Assembly (NCBI GenBank): GCA_030704615.1
Contig: CM060734.1
Coordinates: 6,076,001 to 6,140,000, forward strand
Reading direction: 5' to 3'
DNA from: Takakia lepidozioides
Taxonomy: Eukaryota; Plantae; Bryophyta
DNA length: 64,000 bases
The notes beneath the pieces were generated by a model. It saw only the letters and a list, made by a program, of their open reading frames with translations, searched no databases and was not told where the DNA came from. Both the position numbers and the translations under genes were made by a program. Positions within the stretch are counted from its first letter, which is position 1; each line of letters starts with the position of its first letter. Shown piece by piece: positions 35,651 through 48,533 of this stretch.

Positions 35651-38600
35651 TAGGCGGCTCGGGGGCCTAGGCGGTAGGAATTAGACAATAAAACACAACG
35701 ACTTGGAAGACAGTTACTGAGTAGATTGTAGGATACCGTAGGACTTAGAAACGCAAACTCGCCCTGTGAAGATGAGTACGTGATTTCTCTTTGCCGGTAG
35801 GACTTAGATAGTGATCATAGCCACCATGTACGACCACGGACCCCTTGCACTAACCGCAGTCGGGTAGGCGGTTCAGTGAGCCCAACCTACACCGCAACTT
35901 ACCACGACTCCCCTAGACTAATATGCCGTCACACTGACCGCGCGCGCTCAGGGCTCGTCACCCACCATTGTGCAAATTCCAGGTGCCAGAGCTATGGCGG
36001 TGTACTCATAATCTGGAAATGTAAACCCCCACAATTCACCCACTTTCTTTATCCCCTTGGTACCCCATCTACGTACCTCCCAAAAAATATCTTATAACCC
36101 ATTGCCCACATGGTCGGTACCATCAACACCCCCCTACCTCAAAACATTCTCAACATCACCCTCCGTCGCATCATAAAGTATTCCAACTTGCATGTACAGC
36201 ACTCATACTCATGCATTGTGGTAACATCCATCCAAACCTAGGTCCTACCACTATTAAGGATATCATTGGCGAACTCCCCGTTGACCCCCAAGAAAGGTAT
36301 GCATTGTACTTTCAAACAAACACCATCTCGCCAGCGTACCAACATCTATATGACCACTTCTCTCCCTTCCTTCTCAACCCATCAACCACTAACCATACAC
36401 CCACGCAGCCTATTGCCACATTTGGACTTCCCCCTTGCCAATACCCAGCGCTCGCTAAAGCTACCCGTAAGCTCAGAACATATCCAATTCAGCACCTTCT
36501 TTTCTCCCTAATCATCATCATCTCACCACTACCAACAATTTGTAACGACTTCTTTGCTACCCATACAGATTCACATGTCCGCGCACTTTTACACAAACTA
36601 CAAAAACTACCCGCACAATCTCACCAATACCTAGCCCCTCCACAGAGAGAGAGAGAGATGACTCCGGCCGAGGCCGGTGTAACTAAGAGCCACTTCACCT
36701 TGCGGCTACTGCCCCCTTTCGGGGGTGGGACCCTATTACTAGCCCCTCCACACTATCTATCTGACCTACATGCGTCGCTGCACCTCTTACAATCCAAACC
36801 CGGGAAAGTTCACAAAATATTAGGTGAATATCTAGCAAACCCCGCACTAGACTCTCATACTATCACCAGCAAATTCCCATTCTTATCCAACAACATCCTT
36901 ACCGCCACTCTCCAAGCCAACTCCACCATCGCAAGTTATCAGCCCTCACGTGCGCCACCCCCACCCCCACCATCCACACCTACCCACAACAGGGACCCTC
37001 CTGCACCCGCTTCATCCAATCACTCCCCAACCATGCCCCCCCATCACACCAACTCACTGAACATAACTACCTGGAATGTCGGCTCAATGGCCACTAGCAT
37101 CCAAAGTTTAATACATCTTCTCACGGACTCTACGCCTCCACATATTATCCTTTTACAAGAAACCAAGCTCAATACAAATAACCTCAATAGCTCCTATATC
37201 AACAAACTCCTCCCATCTTACTACTTACTATACGGAAACCCTCTCTCTGCGACAGTACAATGCCTCACACGGCGCTCCGCTCCGTACCACCCTACCCGTG
37301 GTGGAGTCGTGCTAGGCATCCTACGTACCCAGTACCCCCCCCCCCCCCCCCCCTGGCACCACCACTAAGATCCCTATCCCTATCCCTCTTCGCTCTCACC
37401 TTCAAATCACCCAACTACATCCACCAGCACTCCATCCCATTACCCTTATACATTTATACATGCCCTCCCACGCTAATGACCTCACACTAATCCCCGACAT
37501 CCTACACACAATGTCAGACGTCATCACCCAGCCTACAAACCAACATCACCACTTCATATTAGCAGGTGACTTTAATAGAGATATTGCTCTACTCGGCCAT
37601 ACATACAATGGCATACACAAACCCCCGTCCCCACTCGACCATGAATGGGAAAAATTTACTAAGCTATATAAATTCTGATATATACCCGCTGACCACCACT
37701 ACTCAAGACAAGGCGGACTTAACTACTCCTCGCGTTGTCTTCTTGATGGTTTCTACCTCAGAATACAAACGAGATTCCAGCTTACCTCCAAAGCCACATA
37801 CACATCGACAGCATATGCAACTCTGACCACTATCCTGTCTCAATATCCCTCCCGCCATCTCTCATCCCCTTCCGACCCATACCAGCAGTACATACCCCAC
37901 CACCACAATCTAGAATTCTCTCTCCACTTCCTCAGCGCAACATCGCCGCTTTCCAAAGTCACTTTTACCCAGCAGCCTCACTCCTTATATTAAAAATATC
38001 CTACATCCTCTCTAACACAAACCTAACACAGTTCCCTGACAGGACTTGGCTTGAAGCAGAGGTCGCGCTCCCATCCATAATGCAAGCAATGACCAAAAGC
38101 GTCCTCGCCACATGTTCTGCCTCCCCGAGATCCCGCAAACCACCCGCTCAAAACAAATTGGAGGCTACCTTACCCGCACACAGAAACGTGCATGGACCTC
38201 TCACCTCAACACCTATCACCTAATTTGACGCGCCCTCACACTTCCCCCACGTCTCACCCATGCAATAACTGGAAGTCTGACCCCCGCATTACCTGTTTAA
38301 GTACCTTGACAACCTGTCAAGCTCTTATGCCCCCACCTAATGACCCATTCGCTATACCCAATTGGACTGCTGCTCTCTCCAAACTTGGTAGGGAAACAAA
38401 AAAAACTGCCTATTTTATTACCAAACAAAAGGCTACTGACAACCACCAAAAAATTGTCTCCTCTTTTAACCAGTTATTGCATGACCACCCCAAGAAAGCC
38501 CACAAAGCCATCTTCAATCCTGCACTTAACCCACCCATTGAATGCCTTAAGCACCAAATGGGCCACCTCCTAACCGACCCAAAAGACATAAACAATGAAA

Positions 38601-38660
38601 TATGGACCCAGGCGTCATCATCATACACACCCACGACTGTAAATTGCCGACACCCCAACC
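35650..38660 (+). mobile_element. LINE relic with APE endonuclease, 3'-truncated before RT
   Basis: Motifs ITTWNVG, IILLQETKL, GGVVLGI, IYMP, FILAGDFN and SDHYPV. C-rich coding strand with frameshifts. Confidence 0.85.
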
Positions 38661-38666
38661 TTCACA

Positions 38667-38768
38667 CTCGTCGAAGCTGGTTTTATTCCAGATATCATGT
38701 TGGAGACTGCTCTTACTGATGTGTATGCAGAACGCAATAACATAAAGGATGCACGCCGTCTGTTTAGG
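38667..38768 (+). pseudogene. Single PLS-class PPR motif fragment at a LINE-LINE junction
   Basis: Manual translation gives LVEAGFIPDIMLETALTDVYAERNNIKDARRLFR. Confidence 0.75.
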
Positions 38769-40820
38769 CTATATATTGGGGGGGTGGTAATGTGGGTGAT
38801 AGTAGAACTGGTCGTTGATGAGTGTAAGTGGGGGTCCTCTATTGGGAAATATTTATGAAAGCCCTTATTTTGGGATTGGTGGAGGCGTAGTATGGGGTGA
38901 GTACTCATGTTATGAGCTTGATATAGGTGTATTATGGATTGTGGGTAGGTGGGAGTTATGGTTTTTAGTGCTGGGGCTATAAGGTGAGTAGGCGAGTAGC
39001 GTGGGCGGATGGCTGTGGGCAGGAACCTGGATGAACGCATCTGTGGATGAATGAGATGACAGTTGGTGGGGGTTCTGGTTTTTAGTGTGGGGGCTATAAG
39101 GTGAGTAGGCGAGTAGCGTGGATGGATGGCTCTGGGCAGGGACGTGGATGTTCACGCATCCACGGATGAATGAGATGAAGGTTGCGTGTTACGGGTGTAT
39201 GAGTGCGGGAGGGTTCGATTTTATTTGGTGCAGGCACGTGGCGCCTTCTATCTTGGGCCATATGGTGAGTGCGGGATGGATGGTAATCACTTTAAAGAGA
39301 ACTGGAGAATGATGGATAATAATCATTTGAAAAAGAGCTGCAGAGTGATGGATGATATTACTTGAAATAGAGCTGGAAGATGATGGATGATAATCACTTG
39401 AAAGAGAGCTGGAGAATGATGGATGATAATCACTTGAAAGAGAGCTGGAAACTGATGGATGATAATCACTTGAAAGAGCTTATAAAAGAGAGTGGTAATG
39501 TTCTGAGTAATAGTAAATGAGTGAATCCAGGAGTGATAGTAAATGATGCGAGTAGCAATAATATGAGGTAGCATTTTTCCAAGGTAGCATTTTTTCAAGG
39601 TAACATTTTCCCAAGGTAACATTTTCGCAAGCTAGCCAGTAGCTCCGAATATCTTGTAAAAGAGAGTGATAGTGTATTGAGTGGCAGTTGTTCGAAATAA
39701 CATATATGAGTATCGAGTAGGAACATGGAGTAAAAATCACCGTGTGATATTGTGTGGAAATAGCAACAAGTGTGTAAAACAGTTTGAAATAGAGAGAGCC
39801 AGTGTGCCCAAGTAGCTTGGGGAGAGGAGACCCGAGAGTGCTGAGCGATCCACACTTGGAAAATAGCCTGTAAGAAAGAGATGAGGGATAGAGCGATGAA
39901 CAAATAATGGTGAGTACAGATTAGGGATAATACCAAGGAGCAAGGCCTTGTCACATAACTATAAAGAGAGGTACATGCTGAACAGACATTGTTTGGTATT
40001 GGTATGACAGCAGATACGGGTATGGAAACAGATGATTTTTATGTGGGGAGGCCAGGTAAAGAGAGCATGGAGGGATGGTGGCAACAGAGTAGTGTCCATA
40101 AGAGTATCTACATTCATAAGATGTGTGATAAGTCCATCGTAATGTGACATGAGAGTGAGCACATACCAGGCAGAAGCGTGACTGAAGGATTGAAAAAGAA
40201 ATGGTGAGGTTGTGGTTGGAGACATTACCAATTGGTCTTCACATAGGGCAGCAGGTGCCCTTACTAGTACTGATGATTATGAATATTGGATTCTTGGTGG
40301 CACTACCGCTAGTGTGTGCTGATAGTGTGCTGCCCAGATAGTGGAGTTACCGTAGTTGGGGGTGAGCTGAAACCTGGCCCAGCCTAGAGAAAGCCACCCA
40401 GCAACAATAGGCCTGGCATAGGACCTGTTAATTACGGTGCCATGAATTGCATTTTTGCATTGGACTGACTTTCTTTTAAAGAGAGGGGGGGGAGGTGGGA
40501 TTTGGGAGTAAAAAGCAGTACATTGTTGAGAGATTTGAGAGGGGTGAGGACAGGTATTACCTGGTAGCAGGCCATGTTGGAGGTTAGGAGAATTATACCA
40601 GCGCCCTATGGGGAGTCTTCCGAGAAGTTGGCCAACGTATGTAGCCATACTCCAGAGACCAGTCCACTGGCTGATGGTGCTACTCCCCGCAGCGGAAATT
40701 GCCAGCCACCAGTTAGAGCTGGTTGAAGGGGTCTAGTGCCCTAGATCAGCTACCCAGTAATTTGTTGAAGTATTTGGTGCATCAGTAGCTCCACAAATCT
40801 TCCAAAATTGATCGATATCC

Positions 40821-41081
40821 CACATCCCTGACCCTCATTCCAGTAGTGTCAAACACTCCCTTTGCATCCTTGATGCACCCACATTTTGCATACATGTCCA
40901 CCAAGGTATTGTTCAGAATGACAGTTGGTACAATTCCAGCTCTGACGATGTAGTCATGGACCTCTTTGCCCTTTTCTAGTGCTGTCAGGGCAGTGTTCAG
41001 AATGACATTTGGTACAACTCCAGCTTCGATGATGTCAACATGCACATCTTTGCGCTTTTTCAGGGCTGCCAGGCTTGCACA
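40821..41081 (-). pseudogene. PLS-class PPR fragment
   Basis: Reads CASLAALKKRKDVH..ALEKGKEVHDYIVRAGIVPTVILNTTLVDMYAKCGCIKDAKGVFD. Confidence 0.9.
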
Positions 41082-42242
41082 TGGTCTTTTTATCAAGAAG
41101 AGGGGAGGGAGCAGCCTAGGTTGGGGAGGGGGATGAGTGTTCTCCCTGAAAAAAAGAGGGCACTGAGATGGCTTGGGACGGAGATGGGGGCATCGCTGCT
41201 GCCAGTGCGAGGGCGCCATGGGGACATCATTGGCAGCTGCACCACATATCACAAGGTCGCCATCCAAATTATGGCACCAGCTGGGAGCAACAGGCCAGAT
41301 CAATTGCCCCCGCTAGCTGAGGGCTGCAGTTCCATGAAGTCTTGCCATCCAACAGAGTGGTGTGGGTGGGTCTTTGGGAGCGTACGCCGGAGGGTGTAAC
41401 AGCCAAGCAACATGGTGGTGCAAACTGTCGTGAGGTAGCAGCCGCCTAGCATTGACCATAGCGGGACCTGACTTGATACCATTCTTCCGCTTGAATTATA
41501 ACCTTCGTTTACTAAGATCACAGGCAGTTGCCCAGTGCGGAGCTCAACTGCTGTGATATACTGAGCCCTGCCTTTGAAGGTCTGCAGTCTCGTGAGATCT
41601 TGCCAGTCATTCAGGGTGAGTAGGTCCCGAGGGATAAACGCCAGGGGGCAAATCATTCTAGCAATCTTGGAGGTCGTATTGCCAAGGAGCAACAACCGCT
41701 TGGCATTATGCATGCTGGAGCCTAGCTAGCTCAGACAAAACTGGTCGAATCGTATGGGAGGGAAGGGTTTGGTAGAGGCAGAACTGGCAAGATAACTGAT
41801 GCTTCCCGGGAGGTTGAGAATTCCCCATAAAAGAGGTCGAACTGGGGGTATTGCCATCTCAAAGCCTGTGGCATGCAGGCAGAGTAAGCAGACAAGCATA
41901 AGGCCTGATCCAAGCAGGGCCTGGCTCATTTTCAATGGAGCATTGATTTCTCTGAAAGTTGAAACTGGGCTTGCCTGCATCAACATTGAACACCAAGGGG
42001 CCTTTAGGCTGCCAAAGGGTGGCCTCCACTGAGTGTGCAACGTCTGGAGCTATGTTACTTCATACCCTTGAACCAAATATTGGGGCTTGTACGCCATGAC
42101 CGTGGTGTAGTCAAGACACGTATACTGCTCGAGGGGGGCACCTTGTGCTCTAACCTAGGCCACCAGGGGGTTTCCATGTTGTAGATGCGCCTCCCTGCCG
42201 GTGACAAGGTGCGAGACCATGACCTTGTGAGTGCCGTTTGTG

Positions 42243-42930
42243 GGGCAGTTGCAGCCTACGGTGGACCAAAAATGCTGTCACAACACTGTTTTTTTGGGAC
42301 CTTGATAAGTTGTAAATTATCATACTCCTAAATGGCAATGCTGATAGTAAAAAGGGACTAAGCTATGAAGGCTCAACTACATATATTTCCCCTATTCCAA
42401 GTCTCATAACCAAAAAAGCAAATGGTTAGAAATTATGGAAGTCCTTTTAAACAAGTCCATAAGGATTTGTTATAGTCCATATAAAAGGCACATTATGGAC
42501 TTTTTTTAAAACATGATTCATAAAAAATTAGAAAAAGGGACTTGACCAAATGTGCTTTAAGGGATAAAGAATCTAGAATGAACCTCAAAAATATTAAGTA
42601 AAATAAACTTTATGTACTATTTTGAGCATTCAAAATAACTATTTTCATAAAGTCCTTTACATATAGAATTCTTTGAAATATCAACACTACCTCATTAAAT
42701 ACATAGACCAAGGGTAGACCCCGGGGTGGATCAAGGTCAAATTTGAAAAAAACTATCGTGATCTGAAACTATCGTGATTTGAAAATAAAATCTTTAATGG
42801 TCAATAATAGACGGTTGAGATCGTAAATTGAAGCGAATCCAATGGTTGAGGATTCGCCACATCCCCCTTTATGTACTTTTAGGGACTCATGGTGTGTCTC
42901 ATTTTGGTCCACCGTAGGCTGCAACTACCC
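42243..42930. mobile_element. MITE, 688 bp, ~29-bp TIRs, 4-bp TSD TGTG
   Basis: TGTG|GGGCAGTTGCAGCCTACGGTGGACCAAAA at the left and TTTTGGTCCACCGTAGGCTGCAACTACCC|TGTG at the right. Confidence 0.85.
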
Positions 42931-44426
42931 TGTGGATCAGCACATAGAAAACTCGGCTCGCGTGGGTTAGAGAAACTGGTACTTCGGGGGGCCGGGGGGG
43001 TTGGTGGTGTGCGGGAGAGTGCCACCACGCTTCTTGCAAAACAAAGTAGCTTGGTAGATGATATGAGTAACAATGTTGAACTTGGGGGTGAAAAACTTCA
43101 CTGAATCCAGCAAGACGGAGCTTAAAAGAAGCGCGAGGATCATGCAATACATAGCCAAGCATCGACTATCTTGGGCGTGGCAACAGCGCTGCGCAGTAGC
43201 GTAAGGAGTGCGCGACTTGGCCATGGCGGCGATCAGAGCTAAACTAGGAGATAGCTAAAACAGCGGGAGCACCAAATAAGGTCGCAAGACTCAAAGAGGA
43301 AAATGAAAATACCCTAGAGGAGATGGCTAAAAGTAGCGAGAAACAAAGCGGGAGGGCGGAGCTCCGCCCCCCCCCCCCCTTGACCATGGTGACGAATTGA
43401 CTTTTATGATTGTGACTTATGACAATTTATATTCCGAACATTCGGTTAAGAAAAGCCGCAAACTATTAATTTGATGTTTAAACACGATCGGATTTCAACT
43501 AAAGATTTCGGCGACAAGGGCAATCAGTTACCCGATGAAATATCCAGACCATCAATTTGCATATTTGCCGTGGTATAGTTTATCTGCATGGATTCGTGAA
43601 CAAGAACAATCTCGATCGAACGAAAATGAAAACAATGATTTGAACAGCACACATGACGATAACGACAACGACAACATGTCTAAATAACAAAGGAGTATTA
43701 ATGGGGCACCAACTTTTAAGAGTGGAATTAAACTGCAGGGCCTTTTGTATGATCAGTTAAGAATGATATTTCACGATATTTCTCCTACTTCAGCTTTTAT
43801 AACCAACACGTTAGATCATGTCCTCTTTTATGATCATACAGTTCAGTGCACACCTTTAGAACAAGACAAATGAAATGTACCCAACGCTATGACATTACCT
43901 ATGGGATAAAAATTCAGGGGCACCTTCACAGCGACATGTTGGTTCAGCGGACGATTTGTTGGAGCCTAAACCATCACCCCACTCCAGAACTAGCAGTTTC
44001 CACTCATGACATGTTCATCATCAAATGGAAGAACTAACAACACGGGAGAAAATGTACTCATAAGACGTTGTTTGCTTGTGGCCATTGAAAACTTGAGCGA
44101 AAAACAAAGGAACAGAAACCACAAACAGTTGCACCATGTGGGAACAGTCATTTGGTTTGGTGTATGATTTACCTTGATCTTACTTTGGAGTTTGCTCCAC
44201 ATTTGCTAATGTCTTATTGAGGTCAACAATTGATGCACACAAAGACTCCATTTTTTGGGGTTTCATCTTTTACGAGTTTTTTTTGTCTTCTTCCGACATC
44301 TGCAAGATTACAGATATTGACCTGGCTGCCTGGATTGCCACAGAAAGAAGAAGCAGACGCGCTAGAGCAATGTGTCTGAGACCCACCCCAACTCAAATTA
44401 ACAATAAGAGGATTTCATCAAACACT

Positions 44427-44880
44427 CACTACATCAAATGGGGGGGTTTGTGACGCCAGCCGCGCCCCCGCGCGGTGCTGAGCCTGCGATGCCAACCCCG
44501 CGGCGCCTTTTTGCGACGCCGGGGCATCGCAAACACACCCCGCGCGTCGCAACCTAGTGCCGGGGCCAGGCGGCGACGCCCGGACGTCGCAAGGTTGCAT
44601 GAAGGGGAAAAGGCGGCCCTTCCTTGCGACGCCGAAGCGTCGCCCCCAGCGCCGGGGCCAGTCTTCGACGCAAGGTGGCATGAAGGGCAATAAGGCAGCC
44701 CTTTCTTGCGACGCCACGACGTCGCAAGCGGAACAACTCCTCCGTGCAACGCCCGGCCGTCACACAGTGGCATGAAGGGCAAAAAGGCCACTGCGACGGT
44801 AGGGGCGTCGCAAGGGGGGTTTTGCGACGGGTTTTTTCTGCTTGCGACGGATGGGGGTCGCAAATAGGGGCTGCATTTTT
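44427..44880 (+). mobile_element. CACTA (En/Spm) terminus with subterminal repeats
   Basis: CACTACATCAAAT is followed by about 15 TTGCGACG/CGTCGCAA motifs in both orientations. No matching right TIR was found. Confidence 0.7.
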
Positions 44881-44931
44881 CTTTCCATTAAGGGGCAGGG
44901 AGAGGAGGTGGGGACGGGGGATGGGGACTCT

Positions 44932-45030
44932 GGGGGGGGGGGGGGGGGGGGGGGGGGGGGGCGCACCTCTCTGTTTCTCTTTCTTTGCCCCCCTCTCTCT
45001 CTCTCCCTCTCTCCCTCTCCCTCCCTCTCT
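44932..45030. repeat. Poly-G run (~30 nt) and CT microsatellite
   Basis: Directly visible in the sequence. Confidence 0.9.
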
Positions 45031-45104
45031 TTTGTGCTGCTCATCAAAAACAAAAAAAACCAGATCTTGTAGATTGTGAACTTCATCGAGACCGCGATGG
45101 ACAT

Positions 45105-45170
45105 GTAATGGGAGTAATTTTCTGGATACCCCATTAACATTTCCACCTCCATGTGATTTACATAGCGCAA
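45105..45170 (-). pseudogene. Short C5-cytosine methyltransferase motif IX-like fragment
   Basis: LRYVNHMEVEMLMGYPENYSHY resembles the DRM/DNMT3 motif IX pattern E(V/M)ExxxG(F/Y)PxxxT. Confidence 0.4.
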
Positions 45171-45339
45171 AGTCTTGGTTGCATCACTTGTTCCAGCCCG
45201 GTTGCAGGTATGGACGTGACGCCGCAGTAACACGTCAGCGTCGGCATCACGTCAAGACGTGACGGTTGTCACGTCGCGTCCATAAGAAGACATTCATCGC
45301 GGTAATTTTTTATTATTTTTTACTTTTTACCTTCTTTTG

Positions 45340-45632
45340 CCACGTTGGTGATAGCGAGGACGAAGGTGACCGGCCAAGTGACGGCTTGCCGAGGCGACCA
45401 TGCAGGCGCCGGTCGCCGGGCGGGATGGGGCGCCAGCCCGGGCGACCGCCACATCAGCGGTTGCCGGCAGCGGTCGCTACGTCGGCGGCCCCCGGCACGG
45501 GCGACCGCCACGTCAGCAGTCACCTGGCGGGATGGGCCGCCGGCCCGAGTGACCGCCACATTGCGCTGGTGGCCGCCACGTGGCGGACATCTTCCGGAAG
45601 GCGCTTGGGTGACCGCTTTTGAGCGGTCGCCC
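45340..45632. repeat. GC-rich GCGACCGCCA/GGCGGTCGC motif cluster (copy Y counterpart of the 32267 array)
   Basis: The same core motif occurs in both orientations, followed by a TATA-like CATATAAG at ~45632. Confidence 0.65.
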
Positions 45633-46047
45633 ATATAAGGGGAAGGAGACCATTCTTGGCTCTCACTTTCACTCTTCCCCTTTAGCTCTGTGGGTGTGGG
45701 ATGCTTTGCATTCTGCCGAGCGAAGTTAGAGGAAGAGGGAAGCCATTGACACGGAGGGGGAGGTTTTGTCTCCGATTTTTATAAAATTGTGGGTTTTTTC
45801 CTACCCCCGCATCCCATCTTTGGCTTCCAAACCCATTTTCTCAATTCATTAGGTGGGGACTAAATAGATCTTTGTGTATCTTGGATTTGGCCCCCCCTTG
45901 TGGTGTGTTACATTTTACTGTGATTTTGCTGAAATTGGTGAGTTTCGGTCAAACGAGGTGACTGGAGCAGGTACACTAGGCCTTTACATCATATAGAAAT
46001 AAATGAGAGTTGTGTAAAGGCTATATAATATTACGAACTTTATAAAA

Positions 46048-46499
46048 ATGACGGAGGAGGGGGGCAACGGCGTAGGCACCGAGAGGATGCGGTCGAACCA
46101 GGCCCCACAGGGAAGAAACATGACCTCAATTGGGACGTTTACGATAGGCCGGAAATTCAAGCGGCCGACGGATGGGATGCTATTCCGGAGGACAAACTGT
46201 GCACTATGGGGATGTGTAAAAAATTTGTGAAAATGTGTCACATAAACCGTTTGTGGCCCAGGCCAAGGCATCAGATACACACTCGGAACAATTGCTGCGA
46301 CGCCCCAACTTGCACAAATGCACATTTTTGCCAGAGGGCCGAAGATGTATACAAGACATTGTGGGGAAAACCAAAGTTGTACCGAAACTCCATACCATAT
46401 ACATTGGCAGCCATGGTGTATGTTGAGGTTGTTTTGCATAGGCGTATGGATTGGCAGACAGCCACAAAACGAAAAATGAGTGAAGCAGTACACCCTTAG
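46048..46499 (+). pseudogene. Unclassified TE family ORF A (copy Y)
   Basis: Reads HDLNWDVYD..CKKFVKMCHINRLWPR..TRNNC..YTLAAMVYVEVVLHRRMDW across frameshifts. Confidence 0.7.
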
Positions 46500-48533
46500 C
46501 AACATCCTCGACACATATGAGCCCCAGCCCCAAAGCCAATTGAATGCAGCTGCAACAACAGTAGCACTACCATCACCCCAACGCGAGTTGAATGCACTTG
46601 CAGCAACAGTAGCACTGCCATCGTCCCAACCCGTATTGAATGCACCCGAAGCAACTGCAGCACAGCCTTTGTTGGAAAACGAATTGCAAGCCAAAGACCG
46701 ACGTATCGCGGAGTTGGAGGACATGGTGAATAGGCAAAGGCGTCAAATAGAGGAATTGGAGAGACAGTCCTCAATATTGGTCGACGATGTCATTGCACAA
46801 ATAACTTATGATATTCCTAGCCCGCCCCGGTCGTCATTTGCTGTTGCACAGGATGCAAGGCTTGAGCAGAGAACAAAAGGCAAGGAGCCCGTGGTGGTGA
46901 GGGGTGAGTGTTCGGGAACAACTATTCAATCCGACACAACAATTGTTGTGGAAAATCTCATTAAGGAACGTGATACCGCAAGGGTGCCTGCAAATCGGCT
47001 GGCCAGGGTAGTAGACCTTAAAAGGTTTGTGCCACGTGAAGAGAGGTGGACGGAGTGGGTCATGTGGGCGAGAACTTTGCATCAGAAGAGGTTCAGAAAG
47101 AACATGCACTATATTGACTACAACAAGCTGCACGGATGTCAGATCGTGTTGTGCAGAACATTTATGCAAGCATGCAGCGCTATGAGGCATTTGCCACTAA
47201 CCGAGAAAAATAAAAGGATGAAGAAAGAAAAAAACGTGCAGGCCAAGACGTGACCACCGCACTTGCCACCCATACATCCGAGTTTGACTCATTCACGGTG
47301 TGGGGTGATTTACATGGTATGTTTGACCGTTGTGAACATAGAGTTGGTGGAGGCATTGAGAGCATAATTTGGGAATTTGAAATGGAGGAGTGGGATCATC
47401 TCACTTGTTCGACAACAAGCGGGTGGAGTACTCACGTCCTCTAATACCATCATGGATCAAAGATGGCTCGTGTTGTCTAGTTTGCCTTAATACATATGGT
47501 CCGGAGGGTGCATACTTGTTGGGAAGTTGTGGAAATGTATCACGTAACTTGTTTGAAGTCGGCGGCTCTGATAAGCAACACATGTCCGTCATGTCGTGCG
47601 CCAATCCACCGATGTTACTATGAGCTATTTGGGTTGGAGGATGTGATGCCCATAGGTTATGAGCTCAATCGACACAATTTCCCTTTGGACCAGGAACCTC
47701 ACAATTTTCTGAACGGCAAACACTGGGGGAAGACGTTGGCATGGAATGCCGATACAAGGATGCATGGCATGATATCTGATTGAACGTTCGATATCAATGA
47801 GTTTTGGATGACATCTAATTGGGAAATCACAAAACGTGCTCGTTGCATAGAAGATCCAGATCAACAGGAGTTGTTTTGTCGAAACCTTGGAGGACATTGG
47901 GGAATAAGAAGCGAGAGGTTTTTTCGGTTGCCCGAGAACCCACCAAACGGAGTGAACCTTTCCTCATACAATGGTAATCTGATTAGCCGGTATCTGCTGC
48001 ATAGCCTTGAGCGTGTTGCCAAATCATGGATCCGAATGAACGACGCAATGACGGAACGCAAAGAGCGGCAGCTGCGTCGCAATCCCGCATATGAGGATGC
48101 GGATGAAAAGAAAATCAACAGATATGCCAAGGCCATTAGGCAAGTCGTTAGAACGTGGCAAATGAGTCTAGCAAGCACGTTAGTGGGTGTGAAATCCATT
48201 GATCTACCAAATGTCCAGGACCTTGTAGCTACCTTGGAGGCCGCTGAAACTGTCGCCAACAATGTTAATTCGTCGCCTCGTCGCCTCCAAAATGATAGTT
48301 AGCAGTGTGGCAATCAATACTCCCCGGAGTCATTCCGCATGATGGCAAGGGTGGACGAGGAACGTGTTAGGCTCGGGCCACCACTTCGCACTCAATACCA
48401 GATCCGAGCTCGCTTGCCCATTCATCTGGATGCCGCTTCTACACACTCAGCGTTGTCATCAACCCCACGTCCGGCGGTGCCATCTGCAACTTCAGGGAGT
48501 GAAACACAAGAGACTATAGATTTATCAGAATAG
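46480..48533 (+). pseudogene. Unclassified TE family ORF B: coiled coil, RING finger and conserved C-terminal domain
   Basis: Coiled coil ELQAKDRRIAELEDMV. RING CLVC..SCG(frameshift)MYHVTC..CPSCR at 47474-47600. FWMTSNWEITKR..FCRNLGG..RFFRLPENP is shared with 63260-64000. Confidence 0.65.

Larger units (their letters stand above)
38770..43380 (-). mobile_element. Second, highly degenerate LINE relic (convergent with the first)
   Basis: GLITHLMNV..SLHALFTWPPHIKII aligns with LNITTWNV..SLIHLLTDSTPPHIILL. It shows mirror strand bias and a G-run at the putative 5' end (~43367-43379). Internal 39-bp and 16-bp tandem repeats lie at 39270-39630. Confidence 0.5.

Noticed and set aside
43400-44420. 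Possible decayed transposase or zinc-finger sequence
   Set aside because: Only scattered weak motifs with many stops, which is not enough to call.
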